DNA of 64,000 nt from Eledone cirrhosa (taxonomy: Eukaryota), in contig OZ024742.1 in NCBI GenBank assembly GCA_964016885.1, positions 247,504,001-247,568,000 on the forward strand, given 5' to 3'. Shown here piece after piece: positions 46,499 to 61,078 of this stretch (position 1 is the first letter of the stretch; the number at the start of each line of letters is the position of its first letter). Both the position numbers and the translations under genes were made by a program. Under the pieces are notes generated by a model. That model searched no databases. It was given only the letters and a program-made list of their open reading frames with translations, and was not told the origin of the DNA.

Positions 46499-46693
46499 AC
46501 GAAGGAAGTGTGGTAAGGAACCAGATGGACCATAACGCAACAGAGTACTCAATACTTAGGGTAGTAGAGTGAGTAATAGGAAAATGTTTAACCCCGATGG
46601 CAGAGGTCAAGCCGTTTCGACGGCTATTTCAGTACACAGAAATAGCCCTCGAAACGGCTTGAGCTCTGCCATCGGGGTTAAACATTTTCCTAT
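46498..46693. mobile_element. (TA)n-embedded hairpin element, best-preserved copy
   Basis: 55-bp arms at 46576-46630 and 46639-46693 with 2 mismatches; 8-nt loop agtacaca. Confidence 0.9.
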
Positions 46694-46699
46694 ATATAT

Positions 46700-46807
<108 letters not shown>

Positions 46808-46915
46808 ATATATATATGTATATATGTATGTATATATATAATATATATACATATATGTATATGTATATATATATATATATGTGTATATATATATTTATAT
46901 ATATATATATATATG

Positions 46916-47075
<160 letters not shown>

Positions 47076-47622
47076 TATACACACACGTATATATAAAGAA
47101 AAAAGCAACTGTTTTTTTCTATGAAAATTGATTAATGTGTATTTGAAAGGTAGCTGTATATATAATATAGCCATGTGTATGTATATGTTAGTTATATATT
47201 TATAATGTATCTATTTAATATATTATACATATATGAATGTATAATGCATCTAAGTTTATACGAAACTACGAAAATGATATATATATGTATATATATATAT
47301 GTAAAAGATATAAGATATCTTTACGTATGTATAAGTTAGGTGTTGCATATATTATATAACCCTGTGTATATAAAGAATATGTGTGCATGTTGCAATTCCC
47401 TATGTAGACGATAGGTTTATATATATTATCAGTTATATATATTAGAGAGTGTGTAAAAGGACATCAATCTTATGTGAATAAATATTCAAGTAAACATGCA
47501 TAGTCTTGCGTGGTTTTATTAACACAGGCATATACAAAACCCAAACTACAAACGCAATATAGATATATGTAAATATATATACATATATATGTGTGTGTGT
47601 GTGTGTGTTTATATCTATATAC

Positions 47623-47722
<100 letters not shown>

Positions 47723-48415
47723 AACTCCCACGTACATATATGCGTGCCTGCACAATCTTTCATGTTTGAGTTTAGTACAGTAGATAGACCAATTAATAGA
47801 ATGTTTTGCAATATTTGTTCTCCCTATTTGCCTTCAAATCCCACCAAAGTCAAAATTTCCTTTCATATTTTTGGAATCGATACACAAAATAGGATCAAGG
47901 AAGTATTTGCATTCAGAATTTTTGTTTGGCGCATATATTTGCATCGCCCACAGAGTTCATTCTTTAAATAAACCTTTTAGAGGAAAATGCTTCCTTCTAA
48001 TGAGACCCAGTCCATAACACATTTCAACAGGCGAGGACATATGAGTATACCCTCTCCGCCTGTGCAGTGATTTCTGGCACCACACCTGAATAGTGGAGTT
48101 TCCACCCTCCATCTTTTCTTTATGAAGTCACTATAGCGTTAGATATAGTTAAGTCTGAGTCATATATCATAATGGTATACTTCAATGCACATGATGTCAC
48201 TAACTACCTGAAAGGATTGATGAAAGGAACGTTGACCCCAATCTAAATATGAATTGAAAGGCCTTATTAAACTTCTGTTCTAGTAAAAGATTCTCTATTA
48301 TGAACACCTTCTTCCAGTGGAAGACTTTTACCACAAAGACATCCACAAATACACATAGTATAAGGGAAGTCAGGGAGATTAACATTAATTGGTTTGGTTA
48401 TTTTCCCTGATCAAG

Positions 48416-48640
48416 GGCAGTGGATTGGCAGCACCAGTAGAGGGTCGGACGCCATGCTTTGCAGCATAGAGTTGCGACCCTTTATGATCTGAGTCCAAAT
48501 CCCGCCGAGGTTAACTTTGCCTTTCATCGTTACGGGGTCGATGAGATAAAGTACCAGCCACACACTGGGGTCGATTTAATCGCCCCCCCCCCCCCCGGCC
48601 GCCGAAACACTGCTGGCCTTGTGCTTATATTACATACCGT
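48416..48640 (+). mobile_element. tRNA-derived SINE, long-tail variant
   Basis: A and B boxes and core. Confidence 0.88.
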
Positions 48641-48896
48641 TATTTTCCCTGATCTGTTCGATTCCGTGCTAGACATTCCTGATAAGAGACGGTGTGAATT
48701 ATCACCTGCACATCATCTAGTAACATGCAACCGGAGACTAGCAAAAACTACACAGATCTGACATGTCCAGCCGGACCCACAGGATGTGGGAATCCCCGAC
48801 AGATAAGGAGGTCTGGTTCAGTTATGCGTATACAACTGCATCCAAAGATGAGTACTTCTTGAAAAAAATTAAGGATGTTTCACGAAATTGGAAAAT

Positions 48897-48944
<48 letters not shown>

Positions 48945-48963
48945 TACTTACCATACATATATG

Positions 48964-49054
<91 letters not shown>

Positions 49055-49095
49055 ATATCATATATATATATATATATACGCTCTAAGAAACGTAT

Positions 49096-49142
<47 letters not shown>

Positions 49143-49330
49143 CATACCTTTCATAGAGCGTGTTGGCACATATATATGTATATGTAAATAAACACATATT
49201 CTGAAACAAATAGGTTCATACTTACATATGTGTTCATGTTTGTTTGCATGTATGTATGCATGTATGTATGTATGTATGTATGTATGTATGTATGTATGTA
49301 TGTATATATGTATGTATGTATGTATGTATG

Positions 49331-52300
49331 TTTCTCTTTCTCTTAATTTCGAGTACATTTTTGGGCGGCCACCTTCCTGGTGGCAAGGTGTAAAAGAAAA
49401 GAAATTGTCCTCCCTTGAATCGCAAAAATGTTTTGCAAATGTTGAAGGTTGCAGCTATCGCAGCCATTTGTAGTCTATGAATTAGGGAGCTGCGTTCTTT
49501 GTCTACAAATCCAAGTTCAGTTATACTTCGGTCGAAGCGGTTTGGTATATAACCTGTAACTCCAATAATGATGGGTATGAAGCTGAAGGTGTATAATGGA
49601 ATTGGATCTGCACATTTCTCAACAATGATCCGTAGATGTCCTCCTTCTCTTGTATTTTTCTCACAACTTTGACATCAAGTGGGCTTCTGATCTCCACAAC
49701 AGAACACGTTTTTAATGTGTGGTAACAAACAACAATATCAGGCCGGTTGCGCTTTAATTTGGTGGCAGTTTTTATTTTCAGGTTCCGCCAATATTCTTTA
49801 GTGTTATCTATCTCAACATATTCCTCCTCATTTGTTTTTAATTTTGTTTTCCTAAGTGAGTTCCGGATGGTTCTAGCTATCCCATCGTGTCTCATGGGGA
49901 AGTAGTAGCGAGATAACATTCTTTCGCAGCTGGCAACAATGTGGCTTACATCTTCGATCATTGTTTTACATAGCATACAGTTATTGTCGACTGATGGTCC
50001 TCCTCTTTTGTGTAGCAGATATTTGGTATGGATTTCTTGTTCCTGTATTCCATAGAGATATTCTTCAAGGTGGGATGTCATAAGCTTGTCGGAATCCATG
50101 CCAGGCTTTTTGAATGATTTATCGCCTCTATAGTATGTTTTGCATCGCAGGTCCCCATGTACTACTTTCTCTGTAAATTGGTAAATTTATTTTATCATGT
50201 TCGAACATTGAATAGGATCTTTCATTTTCCCCGTGAGAGAGATTTATATCAGACCTTATTCCATATCTCTCCTCCAAATCAGTGGCTATCCATATGATAT
50301 TATTTCCGTCATGCTCATAAACCTGGGCAAGATGGTTGCTGACCTTTTTCTTCGGTTGAAGATGTTGCTTCAGTGTTACTATCCGGGTCTCGTATGATGT
50401 TAATATGGATTTTAAACCCCGGCCACCTTCCTTGCGTGCGAAGTATAGCCTATCCACATCACCATTGAGGTTAAAGTTTCCAGTAACACAAAAGTTTGCG
50501 AGTTCTAACATCCATCTCACTTAGTTCTTGCAATGACCAGTTCAGCAGACTAAATGTTGACGTTAGGATTAGCACAGCATAAGTATTGTGGGCGATGGAT
50601 TTGTTGTACGCTGATAGTTCTGATGACCATATTTTCTTTACTCTTCTGAGGTATTCAGTTCTGATTCTCTCCTTATTTATAGGTCCATCATATCTGACAT
50701 TCTCCTCTTGTCCAAGATATCTTTAGTTTTCACCTGACTGTAGAGGTTGTATTGTGAAGCCGTTCATCTCTTGGTTTCGAGAGGAGGGCACAACCCTTCC
50801 ACGTTTTACTGTCAAATATGCACATTGGACTCACTTAATTTCATTCTGAGGTGATCTATGCAGCCCACACCTCCTCCCTTCCCCCAGCATGCTCAGGTGT
50901 TATAATGTTGTTGGTGGCACAATGATCCTGTACGAACAGATTAAGTCACCCAGTGTATAATTTATACATGATTTTGTGGCAGGCTATTGGACGGTAATTT
51001 TTAGCAAGGGTGGTCTGGCTCTTTTGGGGGATGAGGAGTGTAGTGGCAGTCGATAACCATTGGGGCAGCTCTTGTGTGCCTTTGATAGTTTCTCTAAACA
51101 GCCGTATGAGTACTTGCCGATAGAAGGTGAAATCCTTCAGTCAGTATCCTCTTATGAAGGCTGGGCTTGGTGCTTTCCTATTCGATTTTTTCTGTAGAGC
51201 TGTTTCCAGTATTGACCCATCTATGTCATATTGTTTTGTCTGGATATGCTGGCAGCATTCCTGTTCCAGTTCTTTTAGCCATTTAGTTTGTTTGTTAAAT
51301 CCGTCATTCGTGTCCCATATTGATCTCCAGTAGCTCTCAACCTGTTCTTTTGTTTGGGTGTCATTTACAGACATTGCGCATTTCCCATTGAAGCTGCGAT
51401 AATCTGATTTAAGATCTCTGGCAAATAATTTAGTACTTGCCGTTTATGTGCTGTTGACTTATATTTTAGTCTTTCTACTGCAGCTCTGAGTTGTTGTTTC
51501 AACTGGTGTAGTTTGGAGTTTAGAGTTTTAAATATTATATCTCCAAATCACCTCTCTAGTTTTTTTTCTTACATCTTCCTGATGTCGTGTGAACTTGCTC
51601 TCTATGCTGCATTTTATAACAACCATGATCTGTGAGATACTTCGTCTCAGGGATAACATTTTATTTTTTAATTACGCGTCCACGCTGGTTCAAGCTTTCT
51701 GTTTGTATCTTGGTTTTGTGGTTCTAGATGATTATGATAGGATAGCAATGTGATAGCTGAAATATATAACAAAATGTTAAGCATTTCTTATTTCGTTTCC
51801 ACACCTGGACCGTGTGGCCTTCAGATAATTGTCAGCTATTTCGTTCACTGCTTCCAATTCCAATTTAGTGGGTTCTTTACTGAGTCTGGTGTTGTATCGT
51901 CTGTTACTTACATTAAGGCTGTGTATCTCTTGAAACATATCATCCCATATCACTTGTAAGGTGTTCCCAAGTTTTTGGTGTTCTGTCTGTAGAGTTATGG
52001 ATTTCAGCTACCATGTTGGTGTGCTGTTTACTACTAGATTTAGCTGACCATTCTCTCTGTTCATAGGTGAAAGTGGGATGGCGTTCAACTACGTTGTTGG
52101 TGAATATTTTACGGTTAGATTTAGCTGGCCATTCTCTCTGTCTGTCAATGGAAGTGGCATGCTTATCTTCAATAGTTTTACTCAATTACGATAGACTTAT
52201 CAATTTACATCTGAGGATACGTTTTGCCTGCTCATTTAAATATTTTTTGGAAAAGTCTAATTCAGTGTGTTTGGAGTTCCACAAAGTTTTTAACCTCTGC

Positions 52301-52610
52301 ATAAAACCAAACCCTTTTGAGTCAGATTGTTTGTATGCTTCATATACATTTTTGTTGAGATCGTAGCTTCATTGTATACAATGGTTGTAGTTGCGATTTG
52401 GTCGAAGGAGACATATACGTTTTGCCATGATGAGTTCGTCTATTCACTAATATTTGGGATTTAATTTTCAAAATAGATAATGATCTCCTCTTTAAAAGTT
52501 TCGACAGTTTTTCAGAATTAAATTTAAAGTTGTTCACAGCTTGGGTAATATTTCCTTTCAGCTAGTTTTTAATTCTACAACTGTATTTTAAACGTTCATA
52601 TTACTGTTTT
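49331..52610 (-). mobile_element. decayed R4/Dong-clade non-LTR retrotransposon (RT, CCHC knuckle, RLE) with the RT core deleted
   Basis: LLIPKK...NYRPIAC..MYKLYTG (~50950-51060); YLGQEE..KIWSSELSAYNK; VDRLYFARKEGGRGL; CMLC...HIVASC; RHD; RPDIVV..VVEI; flanked by (TATG)n. Confidence 0.9.
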
Positions 52611-52679
52611 CTTTTTTTTTGTATCTGTGTATGCATGAATGTATGTATGTATATATGTATGTATATATGTATGTATATG

Positions 52680-52996
52680 TTGACTTGTTCTTCTTTTTGG
52701 TAAATATCATCTTGGTTAAGAGAGTGGGACTGGCTCTGTGCAGTGCTTTTGCTCACTATAAAAGCTTCACGGCACAGGCATTGCTTTATATCTGGAGATC
52801 TCCCTGCACTTGTCGTCACATGATACCATGGGCCCAGCACTAAGTGTCAATAATTGTCACAAGTGTAGTGTTTGTACCAGAGTTTTCAAGTCGCTGGCTG
52901 GACTAAAAAGTCACACTCGTTCAGTGCATCGGTAGGGGTTCTCCTACATGGATATAAAGTAGTGGCCGTACTCGAAAACGAGTTGGCAGCCACCAT
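52680..52996 (+). mobile_element. 5'-truncated copy of the 38021-38629 element
   Basis: Reverse complement of 38021-38339 with scattered substitutions. Confidence 0.85.
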
Positions 52997-53236
52997 ATAT
53001 GTAAGTATGTATGTGTTCGCGTTATATATATATGTGTGTGTAATGGCGGGGAAAGTTTTATGTCTCATCAAACAAACTGTATTTCTGTAACACACCAGAC
53101 AAAATATTCAACATTTTACTTGTACGGAAACCCATGCATATTTTATACATTTAATTATGTAGATGTACATACATATATGTAAGTGTATATGTACATATAT
53201 AGATACACACACACGCACATACACACACACTCACAC

Positions 53237-53269
<33 letters not shown>

Positions 53270-53403
53270 TATGCATGTATATATATATATATACATACAT
53301 ACCTACATACCTGCATACCTACTTACACGCACTCAAAAAAAATATAGGTATTTATATATACGTATATATAGTATACACGTACATATATATATATATATAT
53401 ATA

Positions 53404-53491
<88 letters not shown>

Positions 53492-53807
53492 ACTAAACCG
53501 AACAATTGAACAGTATTCTTAGCCTCCGACACCAACCGAACTTATTCAACGTTTCTCTGCAAAACAACTCTATGTGACATTGTGACATAGTAAATCATTT
53601 CTCATTGGGGAAAATGTTTCAGTGCCATGAATTATTGCTCTTTTACAGTATACTCCAACAAAACATCTGCTCTTATACATTCTTAAACTTTTGTTTTCTC
53701 ACTAAATTTGCCATTTTGCTGTTTATATTTTCAATATGGAGAATTGTTTATATTCTATCTTTTATGTCGTTAATGTCATAATTTCCTTTGTAGTCATAGA
53801 TTTCCGG

Positions 53808-53860
53808 TACCAGTAATGCACTGGGTAATTGCTGGCCTTGTGCCTAAAGTAGAAACAATT
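53808..53860 (+). mobile_element. SINE 3' tail fragment
   Basis: gtaccagtaatgcactgggtaattgctggccttgtgcctaaagtagaaacaatt. Confidence 0.85.
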
Positions 53861-53919
53861 ACGTTATATGGCGTGTCTTGGACATTGAAACCAGGTGTAA
53901 CCAAGGTCCTCTCATATCA

Positions 53920-54370
53920 GTGCCATGACCGGTGAGAAAAACTTGGAACCATATCCACAAACCCCATGGTAGCCATGGTTGGTGAGTTTTAGGGTAGACA
54001 TGGTTGGTGAGAGGAATGACGGATTATATTCACAAACCTCTGCCATATTGTAGCTTTGGTTGTTGATATGAAAGAAGGATTATATTTTCATACCTGAGGA
54101 TAGTGTAGCCATGTCTATGTAGAGAAATGAAGGACCATATCCTCAAAGTCGAGACATAGTGTAACCATGATTGTTGAGAGGAAATAAGCTACATATTCTC
54201 AAACCTGAGCCATAGTCTATTCAAGACTGATGTGAAGAAAGAAAGACCATATTCTCAGCCATAGACATAAAATAGCCATGGATGTTGAGAAGAGGAATGA
54301 TCAAATAATCAAACAGGTGATTTAGGTTAGTCATGGTTGGTGTGGGGAAAGGAGGACCATGCTTCAAATC
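53920..54370. repeat. degenerate minisatellite with a period of about 55 bp
   Basis: Recurring catggttgttgagagga...catattctcaaacc..catagtgtagc at roughly 55-bp spacing. Confidence 0.7.
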
Positions 54371-54397
54371 AGATTGACACCCACCGGAATGTTGAGA

Positions 54398-54522
<125 letters not shown>

Positions 54523-55465
54523 TTTGTATGAGAGAAATAAAGAAATGATAAGAAACGAAAAGAGGCGCGGGAGAGAAACAAAGAGAAGCAGAAAATAAAT
54601 AGAGATTTCATTGACATTATCATTATAGCCCTCACCCCTATTATCACCACAACCATTACAATTAGCACCGACTCACATAACTACAGAAAGTTGCCCCATA
54701 GCTCACCTTAGTAGGTATTAGTCAAACATACAAGAACATTCACTCTCCATTAATATCATAAAGCTTAGCTGCCTCTCTAACCTTCTACCTTCTTCTTTCC
54801 ATCCCTACCAATCTCCAATGGCACCTCTCTAACAACACAGCCGTTCCATATTCTATAGTAGATGCCGCCAGCTCCCAGCCAAGTCAAATACACATCATTC
54901 AGCCACAATACAAGACACCTTACTACACGTATTATATCATCAAACAGGCACGTACCTTCCTATACAATTGTTCCACACCATACAACAGATGTTCCCCTAC
55001 AAACACTAACATGTTTCACATACTTGGGATAGAGGAATATTTAGTAGAAAAAGAATAACTGAATATAAGAGAAGGAAAGTAAGAAGAGAACGAATGAAAG
55101 AAAGGATGGTAGGAAGAAGAGAATGAATGAAAGAAAGAAAGTTAGCAAGAAGAGCAGGAATGAAAGAAGGAAGGGTACGCACGAAAACGTGACAGTGAAA
55201 GACAGAAGGAAAAAATATAGAAAGAAAGAGAGAAAAAGTGCAATCGGCAAAGACATTAAGTTAGGAGTAGAGAATGAAAGAAAGACTGAAAAAATAAATA
55301 AAACAGAAATAAAGAAATAGTAAAAGAATAAGTATGAGTAATTGAAAGATACTGAAACTGAAAGAAAATGAATAATATTTAAGAAAAATAAAAATCGAAT
55401 TGATTGAAGATCACATTAGTTAAAATTATGATTATGGAGGTTTTGGAGAATGGTTGAATAATAAT

Positions 55466-56096
55466 TGTTTCTACTTTTAACACAAGGCCATCAATTATCC
55501 CAGTGCATTACTGGTACTTTATTTTATAAAGATGAAAGGCCAAGTTAACCTCGGCGGAATTTGAACTCAGCCTGTAAAGGCACGTAACTCTATGCTGCAA
55601 AGAAAGGCGTCAGATCCTTTACCGATATTGCCAATTGACTATGGTTGAATAATAATAATAAAGGTTTCTGATTGGGGCACAAAGCCAGCAATTTTGGGGG
55701 AGGGGAAAGTCAATTAAATTGTGTTACTGGTACTTTATTTTATTGACCCCGTAAAGATGAAAGGCAAAGTTAACCTCAGCGACATTTGAACATAGAACGT
55801 TATGTGCCATAACTCTATCCGACAAAGCATATTGTCCAACGCTCTACCGATTCTGCCATCCATTGACCTTATTATAATAATTTCTGATTTACACACAGTG
55901 CCAACAATTTTGGGGAATGGAAAGTCTATCAAATCGACCGCGGTGTGTTACTGGTACTTTATTTTAACGACCCAGTAAGGATGAAAGACAAAGCTAACCG
56001 CAGCGGGATTTGAAGTCAGAACTTCAAGAGCCGTAACTCTATGCCAAAAAAAAAACATATTGTCCGACGCTCAGCCGACACTGCTAATCCATCGCC
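55466..56096 (-). mobile_element. three head-to-tail tRNA-derived SINEs (55466-55640, ~55662-55862, ~55880-56096)
   Basis: Three family cores; the first is bounded by the 16-bp TSD atggttgaataataat (55450-55465 and 55641-55656). Confidence 0.9.
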
Positions 56097-56367
56097 CTTG
56101 TTTCTACTTCAGGTACAAGGCCAACATATCGAGTGGTCCGACCTCCATATCTGTTTGGTTGGGTTTATTTGGGAACGCCTTTAACATTTTAACTGTAGCT
56201 TTTATGTTGCGGCTTCCCATGGTTTTGTATTTTTGTAGGGACATGCGTATTAATAGTAAGGTTTTGGTTACCTTCGAAGTGTTGGTACGAAATATCACCC
56301 TCTTCGTTTCTATTGCCATACGAAGGACATCAGTTATTCATTTGGGTTCCTCGGTAGCACAACGTTT

Positions 56368-56471
<104 letters not shown>

Positions 56472-58102
56472 TGTGCGAATGTGTGTTTAATTGTTCTTGA
56501 ATTTGTATGACTGTCCGCGTTTGTTTACGTATTCTTTTTGTGGCTGCTTCTGGTTGTTTTAGTTTTGGTGGCTTTGCTTGTGGTGTTTTTGTTCCCGGAT
56601 GTGCTGTTGGCGTTAGAGATGATGTAATTGGAGATGTAGCTGTGGTTTGTGTCAGTGTGCTTTGTTGGTTTTCTAGATGTGTGTGTTGGAATGATGCAGA
56701 ATCTTTTTACAGTTACTTGAAGCTTGGGGATTCCCACTCTTCCTCGCTGCAAGAACAGATGGTTTCTTTATCTGAGTCATTTAACTCATATGCTCGTTGT
56801 GTTGTGAGTGTGTGTGTGTCTATAAGTGTTTTGAAGAGGGAGGAGGATGTGCTTAGTTGGGAGTCTCTCTGTGTGTGTTTTATGATTCTTGCTGTTAATG
56901 TTGTTGGTGCTGGTGGTTCTATTGCTACACTTGCTGTTGTTTGTGGTGTTGTTGGAGTTGCTAGTGTTTCTGATATTGGCACTGCTGCTGTGGTTATTCG
57001 TGGTCCCTTGAAGGCAAAAAGCTCTCAAGTGGCCAGTTTCCCTGCACAGACGACAACGGGGTTTTTACCTTTCAATTACCACATTTAGAGCCACGCCATC
57101 CAGTAGATATAAGAGGACAGATATGTGTTCTATATTTTCTGGTTTGATATGTAGTAGGATTTCTAAACATATCCCCGACTGGTGACCCTTCTTGGTGCGC
57201 CTGACTTAGAAGAATGTGTCACGACACTCTCGTACCACACAGGGCAGGATACACCCAGATATCCAATCCTGGGTGGAGACCGGGACTCTGATCCTCATAG
57301 TTCTTCCTTGTTACGAACATTATAACACGAATTGGTCTCTCCGAACGTGGACCACTGAATGCTTGAAGTCCAGAGCTTCAGTTTTGAAGAGTACTGAAAT
57401 GACTGCATATTGCTTTGCTCTGACTATATGCTTTAATTCGAACTTAGTGGCTTTCAGAGATCTTTTGCACTCAGTTTGTAGTACCACTCGACCGTCTAGA
57501 TTTCATGAATATTGTTCTAGAGATTAGTGTCTATTTTTCCTTTTCCACTAACATTTCGGGTGGGATGACAATTTTCGCCGCAATGTGTCGCTGCTTAATT
57601 AATTTGGCGGCTCGTGTCAAATGTATGTCTTTTTTTGCATATCAATGGTGAATATTTTAGCTGTTTTGGAGCCGTTGCTATGAGTGTGTTGTTGGTGTTG
57701 TTATTGTTATTGTTGTTTCAGTTGTAATTGTTTATATAGTATTTGTTTTTATTGTTATTTATCATGCTTTTGTAACAGCTGTTGTCATTTTTTAGTTGTA
57801 TTTTTGTTTTTGTCATGATGGTGCTTCTGATGGTGGTGGTGGTGGTGAGGTGATAGTGGAGGTAGTGCAGTTGGTTTTGGCTGTGCTTATTATTATAGTG
57901 GTGGGGTCGATCGCATATACAATTGCGGACCTTGTCAGCGGTAGGAAATCAATTTTATTTAGACTTTCTGCTGGTCAAGACTTTTGGTTTCGGTTTCGGT
58001 TTTGGTTATTGTTATTATTGTTAGTTTCGTCGCTGGTGTTGTTAGTTTTGTTGTGGCACTTTTACTCTAGTTACTTCGGCAGCTGTTATTCTTGTTGTTG
58101 TT

Positions 58103-58133
<31 letters not shown>

Positions 58134-58444
58134 TTGGTGGTCATGACATTGAGGACGTTGTTCTTACTTTTTTCTTGCACGACACCATAGCTTTTTCTAG
58201 GGGGAGAAACTTCGGTACCAGCCACATTTAGGCGGTGAAGCAACAAAATAAATCTTAACTTTAGCCCTTTAGCGGCTAAAGGTAAGGAAAAACGTCCAAC
58301 TCCTCCGGGAGTAGGTCGGTATAGAATTAAAAAAAATTTCCAAAGAAAGACGTTTCAAAACTGGGAGAAACTCAACAAAACTTACAAAGGTTAAACAATG
58401 TGTATCACAAGCCAGAAACAATAACAACAAAATATTAATAATAT

Positions 58445-58872
58445 TGCTTTCTGATTTAGGTACAAGGTCACCGGTTTCGGGTGAGAGGAAAGCCAATTAA
58501 ATCGACGCTAGTGCGTTATTGGTGCTTTATTTTATCGACCCCCGTAAGGATGAAAGGTAAAGGTAATCTTAGCGGCATTTGAACTCACACAGTAAAGGAC
58601 CGTAACTCTATACTGCAAATATGGTGTCTGACTTCTACCGATACTGCCAATCCTTATAATAAGGGTTTCTTATATAGTCGCAAGGCTATCAATTTTGAGG
58701 GAGGGGAAAGTCGACTAAATCGACCCCAGTGCGTGACTGGTACATTATTTTATCGGCCCCGGAAGGATGAAAGAAAAGTTAACCTCGGCGGGATTTGAAT
58801 TCAAATCATAAAGGGCCGTAACTCTATGCTACAAGGCAAGGAGTCCGATCCTCTACCGATACTGCCAATCCT
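58445..58872 (-). mobile_element. two head-to-tail tRNA-derived SINEs
   Basis: Two family copies, ~58445-58652 and ~58663-58872. Confidence 0.9.
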
Positions 58873-59651
58873 TATAATAATAATTACCATAATAAAAGAA
58901 CAGATCAGATATGCGTGAAAACAAACATGTAAGGATTATGGAATTATGTTGCTTCATTTGCTTCCAAACAAATAGAGCAGTCATGCTCAAATATTAATAT
59001 ACAGAAACTAGAGGAAAGAGTGAGTTGACTAATAGATGGTTAGTTGGTCATTTCGTGCTAGGGTGGTAGACAAGGAACGGAAAACTATAGAAAAGTAATA
59101 CGATTTGATATATGAAATGTAAAACATCTGAAATTGCTGCTAAGTTGTTATCATCTAAATTGTAATAGGTTCTTGGTTTGGATAGTTTGTTGAATATGTT
59201 CGATGTAGAGGTAAGTTTCAAATCCGATATGACACAGAATAGACTCGGATGATAACCACGCTAAGCTATATTAAAAGCAAGTTATAAATTTAATGGTACT
59301 TTCCGATACTTTGAACTTCCCCCAAATTCACATGAACATGGATAGTTCTCTGAAATATAAATGGAATAAAAAATATTAGAAAGGTAACAAAATCTCTCGT
59401 TTCTCGGTCTCGGTCGTTATTTCGGTCGTTCATTCCGTTCATCATTACTTATCTTATTTGAATGTGTTGCCTCCATGTTTAGAAACCCGTCCAGCTTGTA
59501 GCAGCTTCCTAAACATACATAATCTAAACTAAAATAAAGTAAGGAGTATTCATGATGCACAATGTGTCTATCAAACTATAACACTCTAACACACAGACAG
59601 ACACACACTCATATATATACATATGCATACACGCATAAACACACACGCACG

Positions 59652-59688
<37 letters not shown>

Positions 59689-59738
59689 ACACATATATAT
59701 ATATATAAAGATACATATATATATACACACACACACAC

Positions 59739-59779
<41 letters not shown>

Positions 59780-60165
59780 TGTGAGTGTGTGTGTGTGTGT
59801 GTGTGTATAAGCGTTTACACTTATCTGTGTTTATGTGTATATGCGAGGGCATAGAGAAGACAAAAATACGATGTTTACGAATATTCATGGTATAGAAATG
59901 GGATTTGCTTTCTTGTGTAGAGAAAAGAAATATATAGCAATAAGAGGAACTGATTTATCACTATGCGTACAAACATATGCGTGTAAGTGCGTATATATCG
60001 GTATGTGCATACATGTCTACATAAATGTGTGTAAGTATGTATATTTATGTTTATATATTTATTATTTTGGAATTTAATATCGTAAATGTATTGTGGACAA
60101 GAGCTGCTTAGGGATTAAAGGATTTTATAATTAATTGTACACATACACACGTGCACATGAAACTA

Positions 60166-60248
<83 letters not shown>

Positions 60249-60387
60249 CATATACATGTATATATATGTATATATATATATACATATATACGGCTAGGTA
60301 TGCACTTAGGTGAAATTACTAGACAAATTTATATATACATATAAAAATACATTGAGGCATATATATATGCATACACACATACAGACA

Positions 60388-60434
<47 letters not shown>

Positions 60435-60592
60435 ATATATATATATTTGTATACACACATACGCACATATATATATATGTGTGTATATATATCTATATAT
60501 ATATAAACACGAATTTATTCATAAACATTGAAATAATTTTTCTTTGTGATTAAATGTATGTCTAGATACGTACTTGTTGACATACAATCAAT

Positions 60593-60689
<97 letters not shown>

Positions 60690-60780
60690 GATATATAGAT
60701 ATATATAGATATATAGATATACAGATATAGATATATATAAATATATATATGTATATATATATATATGTAGATATATATGT

Positions 60781-60876
<96 letters not shown>

Positions 60877-60940
60877 GTATATGTATTTAAATGTACAAGT
60901 GTATAGATATGTATATAAATATAAATATACGTATCTGTAT

Positions 60941-60987
<47 letters not shown>

Positions 60988-61024
60988 CATAAATATACAT
61001 ATATATACATATATACATGCCCCC

Positions 61025-61070
<46 letters not shown>

Positions 61071-61078
<8 letters not shown>

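Noticed and set aside
47760-48400. Possible L1/Tx1 C-terminal remnant on the minus strand (LCGRC motif)
   Set aside because: Too degraded to assign without a profile search.
56507-57560. ORFs 56507..57088 (+) and 56713..56982 (-), Thr/Pro-rich
   Set aside because: Low-complexity GT-rich sequence with stops and no recognisable domain; at most a decayed retroelement ORF1.
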